Source of the DNA: Octopus bimaculoides
Lineage: Eukaryota
DNA length: 64,000 nt
NCBI RefSeq assembly: GCF_001194135.2
Contig: NC_068984.1
Coordinates: 87,292,152 to 87,356,151, forward strand
Direction: 5' to 3'
Position numbers and translations under genes: made by a program. Each line of letters starts with the position of its first letter. Position 1 is the stretch's first letter. This document shows, in pieces, positions 25,423 through 40,572 of this stretch. The notes below the pieces were generated by a model, which saw only the letters and a program-made list of their open reading frames with translations, ran no database searches and had not been told where the DNA came from.

Positions 25423-28151
25423 NNNNNNNNNNNNNNNNNNNNNNNNNNNNNNNNNNNNNNNNNNNNNNNNNNNNNNNNNNNNNNNNNNNNNNNNNNNNNN
25501 NNNNNNNNNNNNNNNNNNNNNNNNNNNNNNNNNNNNNNNNNNNNNNNNNNNNNNNNNNNNNNNNNNNNNNNNNNNNNNNNNNNNNNNNNNNNNNNNNNNN
25601 NNNNNNNNATATATATATATATATATATAGATATAGATATATATATGTATATATATATATATTCATACATATGCATGTATGTTTATATTTTATGCAACAT
25701 GTAACTTTCTAAGTTTATCATTTAGTTGTAGGGGCAAATTGTCAGTGCCATTTGCAAGCCTCTTCAGATTGGTGAGGTCAATAAAGTTACGCTGACCTTG
25801 AATATCTGTAGGTTGATTCCTTGATTCCTTTAGTGAAAACATGGGTAGGGAATTATTCTTTTTGGAGCATGTAATTTTGGGTTAGGAGAATTGATGAAGT
25901 GTGTAGTACTCAGCTGTGTGTTGAAATAGGATAGGATGAAAGGAAGAAAAGTCAATGAACTGGCTGAACTCAAATGAAAGTGGTATGCTGCCAACAAGTT
26001 TAGAGGTGTGGAAACCATCATAGTGACAGTAACAAAGACAGAAAAGAATCAGTACTTCTGTGAGTTCATGGTTTTAGTGTTTTGGTGAATGATTTTTTCC
26101 CACTCAGCTGGATAACTTTCTTTGCATGTAGCTGAGAATATGTATACATACTTAGTCTTTATTGCAAATAATAATCTGACATAATTTAGATAATCTAATA
26201 ATTACATATATAACACGTATGCATATGGTGTAGTAAGAAGCTTGCTTCCCAACCACATGGTTCTGGGTTCAGTCCAACTGCATGACACCTTGAGCAAGTG
26301 ACTTCTACTGTAGCCTCAAGCCAACCAAAACCTTGTGAAAGAGAAAGTGAGAAAGTGAGAAAGTGAGAGACAGTAGATATATAGATTAAAAGAAAAGTTG
26401 ATACATAGACATTGTTAAATCAAAGACAAATAACTACAACAAATATTGGATGTCAATTTCACTTTTCACTACCACATGAGGATAAAATTAACTTGCAAGT
26501 GGCTGAGCACTCCACAGACATGCATACCATTAACGTAGTTCTCAGAGAGATTCAGCCTCACACAGAATATGACAAGGCTGGCCCCTTTCAGTTACAGCTA
26601 CAACTCATTTTGGCCAGCTGAGTAGACTGGAGCAAGATAAACCTTCAAGTGTTGCAAAGAAAACGAAAGAAGATCCTATATAGGGGCAAGAAAATCTTTT
26701 TAATCATTAGGGTTACTATGGGTATTAATCTGGTCCTAACAGTGGTATTTGTGGGTCTCACAGATCTGGAGGCCAAGCCCCTAGATAAACACCAATGCAC
26801 AGGCTGTTCTTGTCAAACTGAGTGTGAGTCGAGGGTGAATACACAACGGAATAACAATTATTTCATTGCTTATATTAAACACAACATTTTTGCCTTATGA
26901 TATGGAGCATTTCCTTTTCTTTCACTCTTTTTTTTAAAAAATGGCACACTGTCATTTATGATGATGAGGTTCCTGTCTATCTGATCAGTGGAACTGTCTG
27001 CTCATAAAATTAACGCGTAAGTGGCTGAGTACTCCACAGACATGCATACCATAGTTCTCAGGGAGATTCATCCTCACACAGAATGTGATAAGGCTGGCCC
27101 TTTGAGTTACAGTTACAACTCATTTTTGCCAGCTGAGTGGACTGCAGCAAAGTGAAGTAGAGTACCTTGCTTAAGAACACAGCGTGCCACCAGGAATCAT
27201 ACTCATGACTTTATGATTGTGGGCTGAATACCCCTAACCACTGAGCCACACACCTTCACTCTCTTAACCATAGAGAAAAGGAGTGAAGCGATAGAGACAG
27301 AAAAAGGAAAGCCTCAGTCATTTAAAATGACAATTAGACTGAAATACGATCGATCTTTTCTAGCTTCTTTACTTTTAACAATGAAGAAGAGGGAAAGACA
27401 TTTAGTAATGAATAGAGGTAACTTTTACAGGTGTTTACATTTTTATTCTGGGAGTTCTAGAATGATCGAGTGTTAGTTCACTCTTCTTTCTCCCACCCTT
27501 GGTACTTATTCGCCTTCTTTCAAAGTTCTTCATGTCTTTTAGTTGGTGGTGGGGGGGAAGACCATGTTTTTTCTCAGGCACGTTTAATGTCTTCTCTACA
27601 AACAACAAACAAGACTCTGCTTCCCTTCTTTTCTTTTTATACAAAAACTAATGCGAATTTCAAACGGGGTACAGGTATGAGAAGAGCTCAGAAAAATGGG
27701 TAATACCCCCCCAAAAATGGGTGGGAGAGAAAAGTTGCCAACAGGTGGCTACACGAAATTCAACTCTAGAGTTGTTTCTACTATAGCCTCGTGTTTGACC
27801 CCACCACCACCATTGCTTAAGACACTTACCCAAGGTACCATGCAGTGGGACTGAACCTGGAAAGCAAGCTTTTTACCACACAGCCATGCCTAATGTAATA
27901 AAGTATATTTCGAAGAAAGTTTGCATACTATGTTTGCATACTCTCTATGCACTTGTTTGGCCTTCAACGAACATAGGAGGTCAAACAACCACAGAGAATT
28001 TCGTTTTGGCTCCACATCTTATTTATAGATGGAAATTAACTTGCAGCTAATATATTTAAACATGATATAATAATTGCTAGACTTAAGTATATGTTTAAAA
28101 TTTTCTTTTAACAAAGCAGTTTTAAAAGATTTTTTTATTTTTTGATTTCAG

Positions 28152-28381
28152 GATGGCTGTATGATGAAACAAAGAACTACGACTTCTCTTTTTACCTAGC
28201 TGGAATTACATTGGCTGGGGGTGGTCTTTTGTTATATATTATACCATTTTTAAAACGATACCAAAAGAAAAAGCAACATGTGATTACTGAACTAACGTCA
28301 GATGCACCGACAATGAACAGTACACCACCACAAATTGTTGTTAGTTTGACAGATATTGATTCTAATCATGAAGAATTGTGA
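28152..28381 (+). CDS. SLC16/MCT-family transporter, last coding exon (TM12 and C-tail)
   Basis: tttcag|GA TGG CTG TAT GAT = (G)WLYDETKNYDFSFYLAG...EEL*. The five exons total 1692 nt = 563 aa plus stop with no frame break. Confidence 0.95.
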
Positions 28382-29311
28382 TCATTTTACAGATATGACT
28401 AATTTTATAATTAAGTCATTCATTAAGTTAGTCCTACTAAAGCAGGAAATATTTCTCAGGTCATGCAAGAAAACTTTATCAATTTATATTCACCAAACAT
28501 TAATTTTAATCATGGAGTTTCTCATATTTTGCTATCAACACATTATTCATTTAGCTCAGAGTCTTTTGTATGATATGATTCTACATATGTTTATGTAAAT
28601 ATACCACTCTATATATATATTTATAAACATATGTGTAAGATAAGTTTTATGAAAGCCAAATATCTTGTTGTGTAAATACAGGCACACACACACACACACA
28701 TACACACACACACACACACACATACACACACACGCACGCACACACACACACATGCATATACTTATATAAATATATACGTGAGTGTCAAAACATTTAAACA
28801 TGTCTGTAGAGATGGTGAATTGGCAGGGTTGTTCAGGCATTGGATGAAATACCTTATGGTATTTATTCTAGCACCTTACAATCTGAGCTGACACCTTGCT
28901 GAGACCATCTTTAGTTTTCATTCTTCCAGGGTTAATAATTATAGAACTATTCAAGAATCATGGATTATCAGAACTATTAGATCATCAGACCTTGTGGTAT
29001 TTTTTTTTTTAATTGTTGAGTTCTGAGTTCAAATCTTGCCATGGCCTACATAGATGGTACAATTAATATGTCATCCAATTCAACAATACCACCACTGGGT
29101 CCTTGTGTGCCTTTAGCAGAGTCTGCCACTCTGTTGCAAGCATTTAGATCAGGTCTCTCATTTGAAGAAGTCTTCCCCATTCCCACCAGTCTAGGAGGCT
29201 CTGAAAAGGGTCATAGGTACTGCTCGTCATCCCGAGTAAGCAATATATAGATATATATACATATATATATGTAAATATATGTATGTATATGTGTATGTGT
29301 GTGTGTGTGTG

Positions 29312-29359
<48 letters not shown>

Positions 29360-29382
29360 NNNNNNNNNNGTGTGTACATAAA

Positions 29383-29421
<39 letters not shown>

Positions 29422-30069
29422 GTATAAACACGCACACACACATGGACACACATATATATAAATACATATATGCCTATTGCTTTGGCATCTATATTTTGGT
29501 CAGCAATTTTTACTTTAAGATCATTTATTTTATCTTTCCTTTTTATATACCTTTTATTTCTAAGCTGATGGTTCACTTTGTTCCATATCACTATATTGTA
29601 ATAAAAGTGTTAAAAATATAATTCTGTGTCTGTTTTTAAGTCTTACTTCAAAGTGCTATTATGGAATTAAATGAGTGAGTATAGAAAAAGAATAATGAAA
29701 TGCATCCACATAAATTTTCAAAGTTAATTTAATATAATTTAATATTCAGCTCTCAAAAGTTTTGAAGGTGTTTGAGAAAGAAACATATCAGTTTACAAGA
29801 TATGTAAAATATATTTGGAAAATGGCTGTTGAATTGTTATGAGTTACTGAGGGAGCTCAATGTGGTTGCTCAATCAGCTAGAAGTATAGCCATATGTCCC
29901 TCATGTGATATCATACTGTCTTGAAATAAAAGAGACTACACTAAATCAATGTAAAAAGTAAATAAATATTCATGAATGTTGTACTGAAGTCTTTCGGATG
30001 CAAAAACTTGACACACGATACATCATACTTTTCAGGTAAGTGTTGTCCTTACTTCTAAGAGTTCCAGTT

Positions 30070-30420
30070 GAAAAGTGTACCAAACAAGGAGATACCATAT
30101 CTCCATAGCTCTTCACTGAATGTCTTGAAAGGTCATCAGGGACTTTGATTGAAAAATTGACATCAGCATCAACAGTGAGCCACTAATGCACCTCCATTGT
30201 GCAGATTACATTGTGCTTATCACAGAAACTGCAAATCATCAGCAGAATATGCTGACAGAGCTGGACATCCAGAGTTCAACAGTAGACCTCAAAATAAAGA
30301 GAATGAAAACAAAATACATGGGGTCTGAAAATGTAACACAAGGACAAATAGTGATAGGAAGAGATAAATTTGAAGAGGTGAAAGAATATGCCTACATGGG
30401 CCGAGTAAATTATATGCGAA
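30070..30420 (+). mobile_element. RTE LINE reverse-transcriptase fragment
   Basis: QGDTISP*LFTECLE and LMHLHCADYIVLI...LKI...KTKYM (degenerate QGD..SP and FADD motifs). Confidence 0.75.
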
Positions 30421-30869
30421 GGTACATATGTACACACTTATGTCTGTCTGTTAGTATGTATGTGTGTGCATGCATGTGTGTGTGCATGTGTACATACAAA
30501 CATATGTACTTACATTCAAATAGCATACACGCATGTACATACATGTATATTTAGGTCATGGACGACAGGTGTATTGAGTGAAAGTCACACAAACAACTAT
30601 AATTTCTTTACTTTTTTCTTTGCCATTCAAGCATCACCTGAATAGTTATGGATGATTAAGCCCATACAGTTATGGCTTTTAATACTAAACTTGAAAGCCT
30701 GTTCTTATTTTAATACAATATCTGTTCCTTTGAAAATGTTTGGCCTAGTGACTAAGGTGCTAGAGTTGCAACCGAAAGGTCATGGGTTCAATTCCAGGAG
30801 CAAGGCACTTGATTTCACATTGTCTCAGTCTATTTAGGCAAGAATGAGTGCCAGCTGACAGCTAGTTCA

Positions 30870-30919
<50 letters not shown>

Positions 30920-33714
30920 GTTACTTACTTGATGTTCCACTGGGTCAAATGAAAGAGGGCTGAGAGAGTGCTTATGTCTACTCATGACAACATAAGCACC
31001 TAAAGCAAAGAGTGAAAGCATAGTAAAAGCCACTAGGTTACATTCAATTGCAAGTAACAGCTAAGTATATAACTTCCTAGTCTCAGTGCCAAGATTGTTA
31101 TCTGAGAAATGTAATAAAGTAGATTACAATTTTTACAAATTTCATTCTTTCTTCAAGGGAATCAATCATTTACTCATTTTGTATCTAAAATTTAGGAAGC
31201 AATTTTGAATCTTGATGTTGGTCCCAATAATGAAGCTTTCTGTTACATATAAGGGGTACATATAAATAGCTTTGTTGTCTATAATACCAAAGGTTTGTTA
31301 AAAGCATTGAGACGTAAAAAGACTTTGACAGTCAACAGTTTTTTTTACAAAGGGGTGAAAAAAGAAAAAAAAAACTCTTTTTAGTTCATCTCAAAAAGCT
31401 ATGAAATTAATATTAGCAAAGATCTAATATAATGAGCATAACTGGCTTATTTGAAAGGATTTTGAAATTTCTTATATGGTTTGCAGACAGGTAATATGAA
31501 AGGAAATAATATGAAAAAGCAGTGGCTTTCTTATCTATAAGAGATTGAGAGAGAGTAAGACAGGTATATATTTGGGATGAGGTGTTAGAGAAATGTTTGG
31601 AGTCAGTGAGATGAATTCAAATAGAATATTATCTATGCATCTATGCAGTTGAGTGAGGCCTTCAGGCAGAAGCAAAGTCGTTTAAATAGTATGCTTAAAA
31701 ACTTTTATTTATTTATTTATTCATTCAGTGTTACTAGAAACTGGGAAAAAGAGACTTGTTAGTCTTCAGTTTACAGTGGTAACAAAAGGATATAAAGTAA
31801 TGCTAGATAATATTCAGATTAGACTGATAATAAAGGAGTCAATAATTTGAAGACATTCTCAGTGAGAATTTTCCAAAATTAGTGCAAATATGTATTCTTG
31901 AGTCAAAGTGCATTTTTTCACACTTAAAATCTTAAAAAGTTGAGTGCATGAAGAAGGATTTTGTAAATAGAACACATGAAAATCCAGTCGTTTAACCACA
32001 GCACATATCTCTCAGGGCCAACTGACAAAATAGTTAAAGCATTGACTAGAATGCTTAACTGTGTTTCTTCTCATTCTGCATTCATCATCCTTAACATCCA
32101 TTTTCCATGCTGGCATGGGTTGGACAGTTTAACCAGAGCTGGCAAGCCAGTGTTAGGAAGCTCAATGCTCCTCCTAACACCAACTGCCTTACAGAGTGTG
32201 CTGGGTGTTTTTACATGGCACTGGTGCAGGTGCTTTTTATGTGGCTATCTAACACATGCATTTTGTGATGCCAGCATGTGTGCAATTTATGTGGTGCCAG
32301 CACAGGTGCTTTTTATGTGGCCTGGCAAGGATACATTTTGTGTGGCACCAACATGGGTGCTTTCTATGTGGTACTGGCATGGGTGCTTTCTTTGTGGCAC
32401 CAGCACAGGTGCTCTTTACATAGCTCAGCATGGGTGCTTTTTACACAAACATCAACTTTGTCATTTTATCTTTTTTGTGGGTCATTACATAAAGCATCAG
32501 CCCATACTAGTGTAATAGTTAGGGTGTTGCTAGCCATGTGTGTTCTCAATTCAAATCCTGTTTTATACCACTGAACAAAAAACTTTTGTCAAAAATTTAA
32601 ACCAAGAGAGAGTATCAGTAATTGAAAAGAAAGTTGCAGTGAGGTGATGATAATTGCATACATAGTTATTCATAGTCTACACTGCATTGGTGTTCTAGCT
32701 CATACTGTTCTATTATCAACCTTGTATTATAGTGTAAATGAAGGTGAACTGCTCTGTTTTATTTTTAAATCTTTTCTATAAGTAATTTTACTCTTTTTTA
32801 CTGTGGCAGGTTGGAAAAAAGGGTAACTGAATGCTGATGAGTCTTTGGTAAAAAAAATTAGAGCAGTCACTTCAATTCACTTTCCAATTTGCCAAAAGGC
32901 CTGTAGAGTTTAACTATAGGGGTTCTAATTTCACAAGAGGATAGAATATGCATGTACAAATGGCTATGATTGGAACAACTTCTAAAAGCACACCTGTATC
33001 TAAACAACAACATATCAGGTTTCAGTATGTGTTTAAAATGTATGTAAACAAACTAGGATACGCACAATAAAATTTACATTAATTCTGTTAAATTATAAAA
33101 CTAATTTTTCTAACATTACTAAACAGAAGAGGGTACGTTGTGCATTTACATCATGTGATTCCTGATAGAAACAACATGAATACACAAATCCATATGATTT
33201 TTTAATACAGGAGGGTGTTATGAAATATTAAGAGATGGGAGATGAAAAGCTTCAATCAACTGATATTGTCAAAACAATTAGTAGACAAAACTCCATTTAA
33301 GATATTTAAAAAATCTAAAACACAAAAAAATAAAGAAACATGGAAGATAATTCCAGGAAGATCGATTGATTGAGGTTTTTAGACAATACAATGAGGATTA
33401 TAATGGATCTGGTCTTTAAAGCCATGAGGTGAAAACAATGGTCATTCTTCAGTCTTATAAGATCTTCTCAGTGAAGAATACTCTGGTCAGTTGACAAGAC
33501 TAATAATGAAATGTACATAGAAATAGAGGAAATACAGTGATGCTGATCTGCATGACCTAGGTCATTCAGTTTTCCAAATCTTATTGGAATTACCTCCCTT
33601 GCTTATTTTCAAATTTTAAATACCTCCAGGAGTTTTTATCTACTAATTGCTTGGATAATCCCATTGATCGAAATTTTTCAACTCATAATATATGTGTGTG
33701 TGTGTGTCTTGCAG

Positions 33715-33765
<51 letters not shown>

Positions 33766-34090
33766 CCTTGCCATATTTGGTTACAAATTGTTTAGATAAT
33801 TTCAATAATCAGAGTTTATCCATTCACTATATTACATACATGAGACCCTACAGTATATGTATTCAGCTGGCAGAATGCTTCCCTGAAATATTTGGTATCT
33901 GCCAATATTGTTGACGGGGTACCCCAACAAGTCTGATAACTGAAATTAATAAAAAAATAAAACATTCAGTCACATCTGCTTTCAGAAATCTACCATGCTC
34001 TGAATGTCTTGCTTACCTGGGCATGATGAACACATTAAAGCTCTGACATCTGGCAACTGACTTGGTAGACACCCACAATATTGTGTTATT

Positions 34091-34459
34091 GTTGGCACTC
34101 TGTTGAGGGTTCCAGTTGATCCGATCAACAGAACAGCCTGCTCGTGAAATTAACATGCAAGTGGCTGAGCACTCCACAGACACGTATACCCTTAATGTAG
34201 TTCTCGGGGATATTCAGCATGACACAGTGTGACAAAGCTGACCCTTTTGAATTACAGGCACAACAGAAACAGGAAGTGAGAGTGAGAGAAAGTTGTGGTG
34301 GAAGAGTACAGCAGGGTTCGCCACCATCCCCTGCTGGAGCCTCGTGGAGCTTTAGGTGTTTTCGCTCAATAAACACTCACAACGTCCGATCTGGGAATCG
34401 AAACCATGATCCTATGACCGCGAGTCCGCTGCTCTAACCACTGGGCCATTGTGCCTCCA
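34091..34459 (-). mobile_element. tRNA-derived SINE, family C
   Basis: Reverse complement of 15616-15990, more decayed. Confidence 0.85.
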
Positions 34460-36856
34460 CAACCCACAATATTATCAACCATCTTTCCAGCAACCTTGGG
34501 CACCGTTTTGAATTTCATATGGCTAACACTTATGGAGATGCTTACAAATTCAAAAAACAATACAGTTCCCATGACTTTCAGAAACATTTTTTCATGCTCA
34601 GAATTCTGAAGTATGGAATAAACTACCTGCATCAGTTATTAGCTGGTGAGACACTACAGCCTCCAAAACTTCTATGCTTCTTGAAATTCATCAATAGTAC
34701 ACCTGATACTCCCCACTCACATTTCTTTTTTTTTTTAATTTCTTTTTAGACTTTTCACTGTTCTATGTACTGTTCATGTAGTTTTGGTTACTTTTTCTGA
34801 TAAGTTTGTAGTGCACCTGAGCACTGTATTCAATAAGTTCATGCTCCAAAGTAAAGTTATAACTGTTGAAAGATGTCATGGTTTTCTCTTGTACTGTCTA
34901 TTGTGTTGATATTACCTACATCAATTGTTAGTTTTTTGTGGAGGAGATTTGACCATTATGAAATGACAATTGTGCCATTACCTACAAATCTGAATCTATT
35001 GCTATTATCTTCTCTGCGTGTATTAATTTTTTAATTACACCAACTAAATACTTTTGGAGCAACAAAATTTAAAATATACAGTAATCCGAATGCATAAACC
35101 ATTCCTAAAGTAATAACACCCAATATAAAAAGCGGGAAAAAAAGCAACTAAAAAAATGGTGACAATTATATTAAAAGAAAAAGTTTATTTTGTGTTCTTT
35201 TGATTTATTTCAAAAGCAATTGTTATTAACATAAAAATTATCTATCGTTTGTAGATCTTAATGGTTTTGATTATGCTCATTATGGAGGCAGACTTTGAGT
35301 CCTCATTTGGTTTAATGACACCTACTGGCATATGGATGCCTTTAGCAGAGTTCCCTCAGTAGCAAGCATTCAAACTAGATGTCTAATCTCAAGATAACTT
35401 TCTCTATTCCTTCCAGCTGTCTCAAAGGTTATAAGAAATGTGATGGACACTATCTTTCTTTTTCAGTCTAGATTTCTCCCTCTCTCTCACACACACATTG
35501 AGCATCTGAATTTTTGTTTTGGTCATAAATAAGTTTGAAGGATGAAAGAGCAGGACTGGCTTTGCACAAACCATGCTCACTATAATAATAAACCTCTGCT
35601 ACCTTCTTGGGAACATTTATTGACTATTTAAAAAGAGGCTCAGGGAATAAAGAAAATTCAGAGAAAGGGAACCTAAGGCAGATATGTACTTAACCACTAT
35701 CTGGTAACCTTGGGGCTCTATGAAGTCATGAATGTATTGACTTGTCTTTCATCTAATGTCCATTTTCCATGCTGGCATAGGTTGGACAGTTTGACCAGAG
35801 CTGCCCTAGGTTCCAGTCTGATTTGGCCTAGTTTCTATGGCTGGGTACCCTTCCAAACACCAACCACTTTACAGTGTGTGCTGAGTACTTTTAACATAGG
35901 ACTGGCACATGCGCCTTCGTGTGGCGCCAGCATGAGTGCTTTTACATAGCACCGGCATGAGTGCTTTTCACAAGGCACCAGCACAGGACACTTGCAGGGC
36001 AATCCTCTTCACCAGCAGATGTGGCTTTAACACTTCTGTTATGGAGGAAGGGTCTTCTTTCCTTTGTGGCATATCTATGAATGGAAAAGTGGTGAGTGTA
36101 CATGGAATTAGGTACTCGCTTCTGGAAACAGCCTAGGCACAGCAGTGGTAGTGAAATTACTGTTTTGGCAATACCATTCACTATCAATGAAAAATATCAA
36201 ACACTATTTTTGTTACAGTTACATGTAAATAAATGAGAGAAATCTAATTCTGTGAACATTGACAGAATTCGTGCAGTTGAAGATGTCAATTCTATTCCTT
36301 CAAGTTGATCCAGTTCTTCACCAAATTAAATGTGGTTGATATTCATTGAAAGGGACCACTGCTTCAGTACATTTTAGGATACTATGATAGAAAATAGGCT
36401 GAGTTAAAAAAAAAAATGGGAGAGTTTAACAGATAAATGCAATTTTTAACCTGCATAATTTCTAATTTCTGTTTCATCTTTGTTTCAATCATTATACTGC
36501 AGCCATGTTGGGGCACAACCTTGAAGAATTTTAGCTGAACAAATTAATCCCAGTATTTATTTTAAAGCCTGATACTTATTCTATTGGGTTCTTTTGCTGA
36601 ACTGCTAAGTTATAGGGATGTAAACATACTAACACTGGTTGTCAACCAGTGGTGGGGGACAAACGCATGTATATATGTGTGTGTATATATATATATATAA
36701 AATATAAAGGAAGAGAGGAGGTATAAGATGAATATTTTATTTCACTAGTTGATGATTGTTTTCCAGCTTTATCTTAGTGTATAATAAAATATTTTACATG
36801 TTTGTATTAATATAAATTATATAAAACAGTGCATTAAACTTATGTATGTATGTATG

Positions 36857-36895
<39 letters not shown>

Positions 36896-37913
36896 GGCAT
36901 TAACTGTGTATTAATACCTCACGCTATCGAGGGACTAAATAAGTAAAAAAACTCCCAAAAATAAGTAACATTTACCGAAAGCGAGGGANNNNNNNNNNNN
37001 NNNNNNNNNNNNNNNNNNNNNNNNNNNNNNNNNNNNNNNNNNNNNNNNNNNNNNNNNNNNNNNNNNNNNNNNNNNNNNNNNNNNNNNNNNNNNNNNNNNN
37101 NNNNNNNNNNNNNNNNNNNNNNNNNNNNNNNNNNNNNNNNNNNNNNNNNNNNNNNNNNNNNNNNNNNNNNNNNNNNNNNNNNNNNNNNNNNNNNNNNNNN
37201 NNNNNNNNNNNNNNNNNNNNNNNNNNNNNNNNNNNNNNNNNNNNNNNNNNNNNNNNNNNNNNNNNNNNNNNNNNNNNNNNNNNNNNNNNNNNNNNNNNNN
37301 NNNNNNNNNNNNNNNNNNNNNNNNNNNNNNNNNNNNNNNNNNNNNNNNNNNNNNNNNNNNNNNNNNNNNNNNNNNNNNNNNNNNNNNNNNNNNNNNNNNN
37401 NNNNNNNNNNNNNNNNNNNNNNNNNNNNNNNNNNNNNNNNNNNNNNNNNNNNNNNNNNNNNNNNNNNNNNNNNNNNNNNNNNNNNNNNNNNNNNNNNNNN
37501 NNNNNNNNNNNNNNNNNNNNNNNNNNNNNNNNNNNNNNNNNNNNNGTTGTTCATAATAAACTTTATTTTACATTTCTTGCCCACAAGAGATTATATCCAA
37601 TCTTTAGCATACTGCTGTGTCTTCTCAAATCACAATCACAGGAAAAGTTGTTGATAATTCTTATCAACAAACACAAAGCTGATAAATACACACAGGTGTT
37701 GCAAATTAAGTTTAATTACCAATAAACATCAGCATGGGTAACACTTTGCTCAACTGACAGAGGAAGGTGACTGATCAAACTGATTATGAAAATAATATTC
37801 TTTCCACCTATTCTTGTCGGAACCTTTGATATGGAGTACCGAAATTTTAATCCCTTTCACACTTAGAAAATGTCAAGCAAACATAAAAATTTGTCATTAG
37901 CATTATTGACAGT

Positions 37914-38183
37914 ATGGGCGGAACTTATGAATCATTTACTGCGAAGGAGAAATGAAATATGTTGAATATGGCAATCTTTGAACCTCATGTTAATGAAGCT
38001 AATGTTCAATATTGGCGTAAACAGTATGACAAACTTGAAACTGTGCCTAGTAATAAACAGACAAAAATAAAAACATACAATCAAGATTATCCATACCACT
38101 ATGTATGTCAATGGTGCTCCATTGCGATAGGTAGAAATTCCAGGCAATGTAAAATATGGCCTGGACTGTGTTTACCAGCATGA
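37914..38183 (+). pseudogene. pogo/Tigger-like transposase N-terminal (Brinker-type DNA-binding domain) remnant
   Basis: MGGTYESFTAKEK*...VNEANVQYWRKQYDKL resembles the S-(F/Y)-T-A-x-x-K...V-x-E-x-N-V-R-Y-W-R-K-Q pattern; in-frame stop. Confidence 0.45.
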
Positions 38184-38287
38184 ACGTCAGACTTCAAAAA
38201 GTAGTTAACCATTAAATGGTTTTAGTAAATTTATACAGAAAAAGTAAGCATTATACTGTCCAGCATAAATAAAGGTCAACTTCATTA

Positions 38288-38720
38288 TCATCGTTGTTCA
38301 ATGTCCACTTTCCATGCTGGCAAGCCAGAAGGCTGTACCAGGTTCTAATCCGATCTAGCAAAGTTTCTACAGCTGGATGCCCTTCCTAAAGCCAACCACT
38401 CCAAGTGTAGTGGGTACTTTTTACATACCACTGGCAAGAGGGCCAGTCAAGCAGTACTGGCATCGACCACACTTGAATGGTGCTTTCTATGTGCCACTGG
38501 CATGGGAACTAGTCAGACAGTACTGGCAATGACCATGTTTGAAAGATGCTTTTTACGTGCCACCGGCATTGACCATGCTTGAATGGTGCTTTTTACATGC
38601 CACCAGTACAGGAGTCAGTCAGGCAGCACTTGCATCGACCACATTCAAATGGTACTTTTTACATGCCACCAGCATGGGTGCCAATCAGGCAGTACTGTCA
38701 TCGACCATGACAAAGCCATT
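38288..38720 (-). mobile_element. SINE family B
   Basis: Homologous to 12062-12600. Confidence 0.75.
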
Positions 38721-40572
38721 ATTTTTTCTGTAAAACCTATTCTGACATTAAATGAGTCAATTTCCAGTATGAATGATTACATTTTGTACGTCTATTTTCA
38801 AGAAAAAGGATTTCTGGAAATGATCTACTCATGTAATTTACACACCCGCTAAAGTTTATTTTTATTTTTGCAAAAAAAGTGTTTAAATTACATAGGTTTT
38901 TACGATATATATATATATATGACAAACTTCTTTCAGTTTCCATTGACCAAATCCACCTATAAGGCTTTGGTTGGTCCAAGGATATAGTAGAAAACACTTA
39001 CTCAAGGTGCCATACAGTGGGACTGAACCTGGAATCATGTGGTTGGTAAGCAAACTTCTTTCCACAGAGCCATGCCGGCACACGTTTCCAATTATAACCA
39101 GAATTAGAGGTTGTAATTTAATTACATTTTAATTAAAGATCATAGTGAGTGGAATTTATGCAAATCTTGCATTGGAAAATATAAGATATGAGGTGCAAAA
39201 AAGGGTCAAATTTGAATAAGACTTGTGCCAAAATTCATCTGAAAACTAAATAATCCTTATTCCCAGAATACATCTGGCATAATTAAGCTTACTTGAAAGA
39301 TCTTAATGAGAGTTACGAGTATCTTTGAACCTCATGAAAAGTGATACTGTAGAAAAAACTCATAAAGCAAAAAGTTTTCAAATTTTGATGAATGAAGCAC
39401 CTAAGTATATCTTTAAGTCATTAAATCTGTTACTTTAGAAAAAAATTTGTTTAGTTAAGCTTTCTTATATGGTTTAAATGAGAAAAATCTAACAGTGAAA
39501 ACTGTCAAAACTGGTACAGTAGAAGATAACTTAATGGAGTATAAATTGACAAGATTTGAACNNNNNNNNNNNNNNNNNNNNNNNNNNNNNNNNNNNNNNN
39601 NNNNNNNNNNNNNNNNNNNNNNNNNNNNNNNNNNNNNNNNNNNNNNNNNNNNNNNNNNNNNNNNNNNNNNNNNNNNNNNNNNNNNNNNNNNNNNNTTATT
39701 CCAAATTTTTAACCAGTTTCAGATCAGTTCCAATTTCAGTTTGGTTTCTCCTTGATGTATGCATGTGTATTTTTTTGAGGATGGTATCGCACAAGCTACA
39801 CATTTTCTGATTTTCTAATATTTTGAAAGAATATCTATACAAAAATCGAGAAAGCTGCTTATTAATTAGGTATGTAACAATTACTAAAAGTACTAAAAGA
39901 AAGCAATATTAAAAGCTTGACTGTCTGGAAATATTTTTATAAATTCATGTTCTAAGAAATTTCCTATAATTTTAATTTCTGAAGTTTATTGAGTTTTTTA
40001 ACTCCAAATTCTGGCAAATTTAAATATTCATTGCATTCACTGCAGAGTAGATTTTAATGTTTAACAATAAGAACTATTAATTTGTTGCAGGCAACATTAT
40101 ACGTTTTTATTTGCAACAGTCTCTCATTCTCGTTCGCCTCTATTTTCATTAATGATAATTTAATAATAGCTGTATAACATTGATACGAGACACAATTTCA
40201 AGACTATTATCAGTTTCCGGAGTTTATTAAATGAATATTTTTGATAAAATGAAAATTTTTTAATATATCAGTAAAATTTTCAAGTGATTTTGTGTTGAAT
40301 GAATGCATGCTGTTACATAAAATAGCTGTATAACTTTGATGTGAGGCACAATTTCAAGAATATTATCAGTTTCTGGAGTTTGTTAAATGAATATTTTTGA
40401 TAAAATGAAAATTCTTTAATATACCGGTATAATTTTTTTAAATGAAGAAGTGATTTTGTTAGTATGGCTACTTGGAATGCTATAAGCTTTACAATAATAA
40501 CTATGTGATCACTGCTATTTCTAGCATGCTAAACAAGATAGTTTTTAACAAGCTTTCATTTATATATAATAT